This document shows, piece after piece, positions 59,382 through 64,000 of a stretch of 64,000 bases of DNA (position 1 is its first letter; every line of letters starts with the position of its first letter). The notes beneath the pieces are model-generated. The model was not told the DNA's origin. It worked only from the letters and a program-made list of their open reading frames with translations, and did no database searches. Source of the stretch: a virus; IMG/VR virus record IMGVR_UViG_3300006175_000010, positions 3,150 to 67,149 of that record. The stretch is one strand, 5' to 3'. The translations under genes and the position numbers were made by a program.

Positions 59382-62207
59382 CTAGGTTACTTCTTCCCGT
59401 TCAAAGGATACTATTCTATTAGTTCCTGAAGTCTGTTGAGCCGTAATCATGTATTGGTTTCCCTGTAAGAATGGCACATATATAGCATCCGATTTTACCC
59501 CCGTATAGGTTTTATCATATACCAAAACCTTCATGGCACTATCAGGATATGTGTATAGGTCTGATACTTCTGCTGAAGATAGTGCTCTTGTGATTAGTCT
59601 TAAATCATCAATTTCCGCCACAAGTGGAGCGACAAAATCTTGGCTTCTTGCTCCTATAACTGGACTGTTTGAATTTATGATTGTCAATAGAGCAAGTGTA
59701 TCCGAGTTTGTAGTTGTTGTTACTACTGCTCCGTCTACATACATGGCAACTCCTGAAGCCTTTCCGCTTCCGTCATAAGTTATAACCATTTGATGATATA
59801 ATCCGTCATTGATTGCTGTATTAGATGTGACTCTCAAATAGTTTGAACCATTATTGAACAACTCAAATGTACATTTTCCAGCGGCTATATCTCCTATTTC
59901 TAATCCCCAATTTTTGCCACCACCACCTGTAATGCCCTTGTTTATGACTACATAAGCATCTGTACCTGTCATTCTTATCCAGAAATATATCGTTAATGGC
60001 TGTGTCCATTCATAGTTGAAAGTTGCAGAAGTTCCTACTGTTATATATTCTGAACCATCAAAATTAAAGTGAGTGTTTGGTACATTATAACTTCCGCTAA
60101 GTGCTCCTGTCACATAGGTCATTGTTCCAGTTGGTGAACCTGTCGAACCTTGTCCTGAATAGTCATATAGATCACCGTCAAATTTCCAATATCCTACTTG
60201 ATGAGTATTTGCAAATCTTCCCGCATTGATAGCGTTGATTTCTGCTGAAGATACTACATAGTTGAAAATTTGTACTTCATCAATTAAACCTGTATAAGCA
60301 AATGTTCCAGTTCCACTTGCTCCAATAACTAAATTATTTGTATTTTGAATTGTTGCTGATAGATTATTAGTTCCCACACTCAAAGATTTACTTACTCCAT
60401 CAATATAACAGGCTAATCCAGAAGCAAGTGAAGTTCCAGCATAAGTTATTATAATATTATGCCAATTACCGTCATTAAGTGACTGTCCAGTTGTATTAAC
60501 ATCAATTTCATTAGTTGAGGCTGTGTTGATTATTCTTATTTCTAAATTACTTCCGCCCAAAAGATTAACTTGATAACCTTTAGTAGCACTACCATTGTCT
60601 TTAGAAACTAAAAACTGTGAAGAAGATGTAGTTGTTTTAATCCAGAAACTTGAGGAAAAACTATTAGTTCTCTCAAAATTATATGGTGTTTGGTTATTTA
60701 CAGTAACATAACTAGAACCATCTAATGATAAGGCGTTTCCTACTGGAAGCGGGGTAATATAATTAGAACCTGTATAGTTGTATAGACCTAATACTTGGGA
60801 AGCGGTAAGAGCTGCATTATAATATCTCATTTCATCTATTTGTCCAGTTAATACATCTGATGATAGATTAGCGTCTATTCCTATAATTGGTTTATTAGAA
60901 ATTGAAAATGTACCTATTGAAGCACTTGAACCTGTTTGATCTAATATCCCATCTACATAGAATTTTAATCCAGTAGTATTAGCTGAACCGTCATAAATCC
61001 ATGTTACTAAATGCCAGTTTTGGTCACTGATTACTGTTGATACTCCTGTTGTTGTGGTTGAACCACCACCCGCACTTGTCCATCTAAATTGAAATCCTAA
61101 AGTTCCAGTAGAATTTATATAAGCCAAAAATCCATTACCACCTGTAATATTATTATATATTTCTGGACTTGTTGTTAGAGTTGGACATTTTACCCAAGCA
61201 GAAATAGTAAATGCTGTATTCTGTGCATTAGATACATTATTGGCTAGAGTAATTAATTCTCCACCATCAAAAGTATGTGATTGTGCAAACTTACCGTTCA
61301 TATATAGTGCTGATACTTGGGCTTGTGTAAGGGCAATGTTATAATATCTAAATTCGTCCAGTCTACCTGTAATTTTTGATGTTCCATCTCCCGCAGCTCC
61401 TAAAGATAGCTTATTAGCCCCACCCAATGTAGTGTTTACTGTTATTGCAGTAGTTTTATCGAGAACACCATTTATGTAAACAAGAGCATTTGTTCCATTA
61501 TATACCGTTGTAATATAATACCAAGTATTAACTGATAATGAAGTTGTAGAAATCACTGTTGTAGTACTACGATTTGAGAAATTTAATTTTCCTGTGCTAT
61601 CAAATAATAATAGAAATGAATTTCCAGCAACTTCGTTACCATATTCTGTTATAACTTGATTTCCCGAAAAAGCGGGAAAATACACCCATGATGAAACACT
61701 AACTACATTTGTTCCAGTTGGTAATCCAGTATCAGAGGCAGTAATATAACTCGAACCATCAAAAGAAAAAGCACTTCCTTCCTGTCCTGTTACATAGGTT
61801 GCAGTTCCAGCAGCTAGAGTTCCATTGGCGGCGGCTCCTGTACTATCATTTAGGTTACTTTCAAACTTGTATAATCTTTTTAGATTAGTATGATAAGTTA
61901 TTGTACCGTTATTTGCTCCAACACTATCATTTACATTTCCATCAAATTTCCATTGAGATACCCATGAAGAAATATTTGTAACCGTTCCATTATTTCCACC
62001 TACACTATCAGTTACATCTCCGTCTAACTTCCAATGAGATACATCATCTACTTTGTTATAGACTCGTAATCGTATACTTTCCCCCGCTTGGAGTGCCTTA
62101 AGATATACATAACTAGCAAAATGTTTCATGGTTGTACCTACGATCTTGAATAGTGAATCTTCCGAACCATCCATAACTGTTGAGCCAGTGAATTTGGTTA
62201 ATACCAT
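59382..62207 (-). CDS. LamG/concanavalin-like multi-domain adhesin or tail fibre
   Basis: Four LamG cores (WKFDG, FDGS, W.H, YIDG, IDE.R.YN.AL). Confidence 0.85.
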   Translation of the reverse strand: MVLTKFTGSTVMDGSEDSLFKIVGTTMKHFASYVYLKALQAGESIRLRVYNKVDDVSHWKLDGDVTDSVGGNNGTVTNISSWVSQWKFDGNVNDSVGANNGTITYHTNLKRLYKFESNLNDSTGAAANGTLAAGTATYVTGQEGSAFSFDGSSYITASDTGLPTGTNVVSVSSWVYFPAFSGNQVITEYGNEVAGNSFLLLFDSTGKLNFSNRSTTTVISTTSLSVNTWYYITTVYNGTNALVYINGVLDKTTAITVNTTLGGANKLSLGAAGDGTSKITGRLDEFRYYNIALTQAQVSALYMNGKFAQSHTFDGGELITLANNVSNAQNTAFTISAWVKCPTLTTSPEIYNNITGGNGFLAYINSTGTLGFQFRWTSAGGGSTTTTGVSTVISDQNWHLVTWIYDGSANTTGLKFYVDGILDQTGSSASIGTFSISNKPIIGIDANLSSDVLTGQIDEMRYYNAALTASQVLGLYNYTGSNYITPLPVGNALSLDGSSYVTVNNQTPYNFERTNSFSSSFWIKTTTSSSQFLVSKDNGSATKGYQVNLLGGSNLEIRIINTASTNEIDVNTTGQSLNDGNWHNIIITYAGTSLASGLACYIDGVSKSLSVGTNNLSATIQNTNNLVIGASGTGTFAYTGLIDEVQIFNYVVSSAEINAINAGRFANTHQVGYWKFDGDLYDYSGQGSTGSPTGTMTYVTGALSGSYNVPNTHFNFDGSEYITVGTSATFNYEWTQPLTIYFWIRMTGTDAYVVINKGITGGGGKNWGLEIGDIAAGKCTFELFNNGSNYLRVTSNTAINDGLYHQMVITYDGSGKASGVAMYVDGAVVTTTTNSDTLALLTIINSNSPVIGARSQDFVAPLVAEIDDLRLITRALSSAEVSDLYTYPDSAMKVLVYDKTYTGVKSDAIYVPFLQGNQYMITAQQTSGTNRIVSFEREEVT

Positions 62208-62208
62208 T

Positions 62209-62604
62209 TTACAACAAATATCCTATAATGGTTCCAACCATCTGGGGAGGTGTTCCTGATACTGCGGATATATTAATATCATATGATTTAGATCCATTTC
62301 CTATCAACTGATCTCCTTTTATTATGAATGGGGCGTTTGATGGAACGCCTGAGCCATCACTACCATAAATTGTATCTAATACTGTTCCATTATTTCTTAA
62401 TTGTGCTGTACATGTTCTATTAGCGGCAGTGGGTTGTAATCTTAAAATAGCCTTATATAAAATAAAAGTTGAACCATTTACAGGTGTATATGATGCGATT
62501 ACCCCCGATGCATTTGCTGTTCCTGTTACTATGACCAATTTACCCTGTGATGATTTATTCGCTAAGAACTCTATCTCCGTTTGACCATCAGTTATATCAC
62601 CCAA
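62209..62604 (-). CDS. virion beta-sandwich protein
   Basis: 131 aa in tail module. Confidence 0.55.
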   Translation of the reverse strand: MGDITDGQTEIEFLANKSSQGKLVIVTGTANASGVIASYTPVNGSTFILYKAILRLQPTAANRTCTAQLRNNGTVLDTIYGSDGSGVPSNAPFIIKGDQLIGNGSKSYDINISAVSGTPPQMVGTIIGYLL

Positions 62605-62674
62605 GGCTTATCAATAATAACATTTAAATAGTACCTATTAAATATTATATTTAGATTCTAAAAGATTTATATTT

Positions 62675-63199
62675 CTACCCACCGGTTATAGTTATTGTCA
62701 ACTGTATTTGATCCCCGGAGTTTAGATTTGTACTTGCGAATGTAAACTCATGGTTCATTACACCTGATGAGGAAGCATTAAACAAAGCACCTTTTTGTAC
62801 TGCCGTAAATGTACCGGAAGCAGTAAATGTTTTTGACAGAGTGGTTACGTTTGTACTAGCAGTATGTGTGATGGTTGTACATTGTGCTCTTTGTAAACCA
62901 TTTGTCACTATTTCAGAAGCAAGTGAAGTATCTCCTGCTGATGGTACGGCTGAATCAGTAGTTAATGCTAGATAATTGGATCCTATTGTTGCTACTGAAA
63001 TGGATGATGTAGAACCTGTAGAAGTTGCGGTATATCCTTGATAATGTATGAAATCCACTCCACCTGTATTATGTACATTATCCCGGTTCTTTTGCACAAT
63101 CTCCCAAGGAGAGTATGTTTTATCTGGTTGTAATCTTCTTACCTTGACAGTAACAAATCCTTTTGTCCTTCTTATACCCTGTTGTACTGGTATGATCAT
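62675..63199 (-). CDS. tail/baseplate structural protein
   Basis: GDTSLASE...R, TFT, LFNASSSG, GDQIQLT pattern. Confidence 0.65.
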   Translation of the reverse strand: MIIPVQQGIRRTKGFVTVKVRRLQPDKTYSPWEIVQKNRDNVHNTGGVDFIHYQGYTATSTGSTSSISVATIGSNYLALTTDSAVPSAGDTSLASEIVTNGLQRAQCTTITHTASTNVTTLSKTFTASGTFTAVQKGALFNASSSGVMNHEFTFASTNLNSGDQIQLTITITGG

Positions 63200-63705
63200 T
63201 TTATTCCCAGCCTCTTTTTACAGTCACTACAATATGCTGGATGAAAAGCACCATTGAATAATTTACCTTCATAGTCTTCAGGATTTTCCAGTTGTTGGTT
63301 GCAATCCTTACACTCTAATCTGGTTGATTGATGAACATGATCCTTCTCGGCTATATGGTTTTCCCACCAATCAGAATCTCCCGATTCATCGTGTAAATAG
63401 CAGTGATGAGAATGGCTTGTGTTTACAGTCACATGAACTATTGACGATGTTGCAGTATTGCCTGCACTATCTGTTGCAGTTGTCTGGAATGTATGTGGTC
63501 CATCAGACAATCCCGTTGCTGAGAAAGTCCAACTTGATGCAGTTCCAGATGTTGGTTGCAATGCACCACCATCAACTGAGATCTCTGTGCTTACCAAGTT
63601 GGTGTCAGATGATGTACCTGAAAGACCAACTGTTGATGAGCCAGTGATTGAGTTGTCTGCTGGCGAAGATATTGCAGTTGTTGGATTGGTTGTGTCAACA
63701 GGCAT
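63196..63705 (-). CDS. bacterial Ig-like domain protein with His/Cys-rich tail
   Basis: DTTNPT...LSDGPHTF.. ATDSAGN; CKDC, CSDC. Confidence 0.7.
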   Translation of the reverse strand: MPVDTTNPTTAISSPADNSITGSSTVGLSGTSSDTNLVSTEISVDGGALQPTSGTASSWTFSATGLSDGPHTFQTTATDSAGNTATSSIVHVTVNTSHSHHCYLHDESGDSDWWENHIAEKDHVHQSTRLECKDCNQQLENPEDYEGKLFNGAFHPAYCSDCKKRLGIK

Positions 63706-63741
63706 ATATATAAAGGTTTTGATTTTGGATATAAAGATTAT

Positions 63742-64000
63742 TTAGGAGTTGTTTGTTTTGATATATGCCCTGTCATTTTCCACTATCTTTTGGCTGGATG
63801 AATTATCCAAATCATATGCGTCAAAAGCCCATTCTCCTACATGTATGTCAGTCTTACCGGCTGGATAATACCATGTTATTGATTTTATCAATAGTGGTGC
63901 ATTTGTACCGTTTAATGCGTTACCGTTTACATCCACTACGTTGTAATTGGTTGTGTTTATCTTCTTGACGTTATTGATTACATTGGCATAGTAATTAGTC
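63742..64000 (-). CDS. tail protein C-terminal fragment (enters from outside window)
   Basis: Open frame ending ...IKSITWYYPAGKTDIHVGE... Confidence 0.5.
   Translation of the reverse strand, partial: TNYYANVINNVKKINTTNYNVVDVNGNALNGTNAPLLIKSITWYYPAGKTDIHVGEWAFDAYDLDNSSSQKIVENDRAYIKTNNS

Noticed and set aside
1-64000. tRNA/rRNA genes, DNA polymerase, primase, integrase, amoC-type auxiliary genes
   Set aside because: None recognised by eye; they could lie outside the window or be missed without a covariance or HMM search.

Overview
This 64 kb, AT-rich window is most of the genome of a tailed dsDNA archaeal virus (Caudoviricetes, probably siphovirus-like). The host is inferred to be an ammonia-oxidising archaeon (Nitrososphaerota/Thaumarchaeota) from archaeal RadA, MCM, a single-OB SSB and TATA-box promoters ~22-25 nt upstream of leaderless ATGs. 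Virion genes lie on the minus strand at both ends: portal, protease, scaffold, MCP, neck, tail tube, chaperone and tape measure at 1-14 kb, and tail/adhesin genes, a Cas4-like nuclease, TerS and intein-containing TerL at 52-64 kb. The genome therefore appears circularly permuted. The centre holds RadA, MCM, a nucleotidase, a glycan-modification cluster and HNH endonucleases. The main result is invisible in the supplied ORF track (60-aa cutoff). Much of the apparently non-coding DNA is tiled by roughly 110-120 hand-counted micro-ORFs of ~17-60 aa, mostly chained by ATGA/TAATG stop-start overlaps. Nearly all begin M-x-[IVL]-x-[RK] followed by a hypervariable, W/Y/F/H-rich body. Further observations: a second cassette family with a shared 5' DNA repeat, three candidate structured RNAs (one with a C/D K-turn), a candidate UUU_CGA +1 frameshift, an intein with Gly at +1, a HiPIP-like domain in the prohead protease, and nested LamG domains. 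All translations, counts and pairings were done by eye; no database searches were run.
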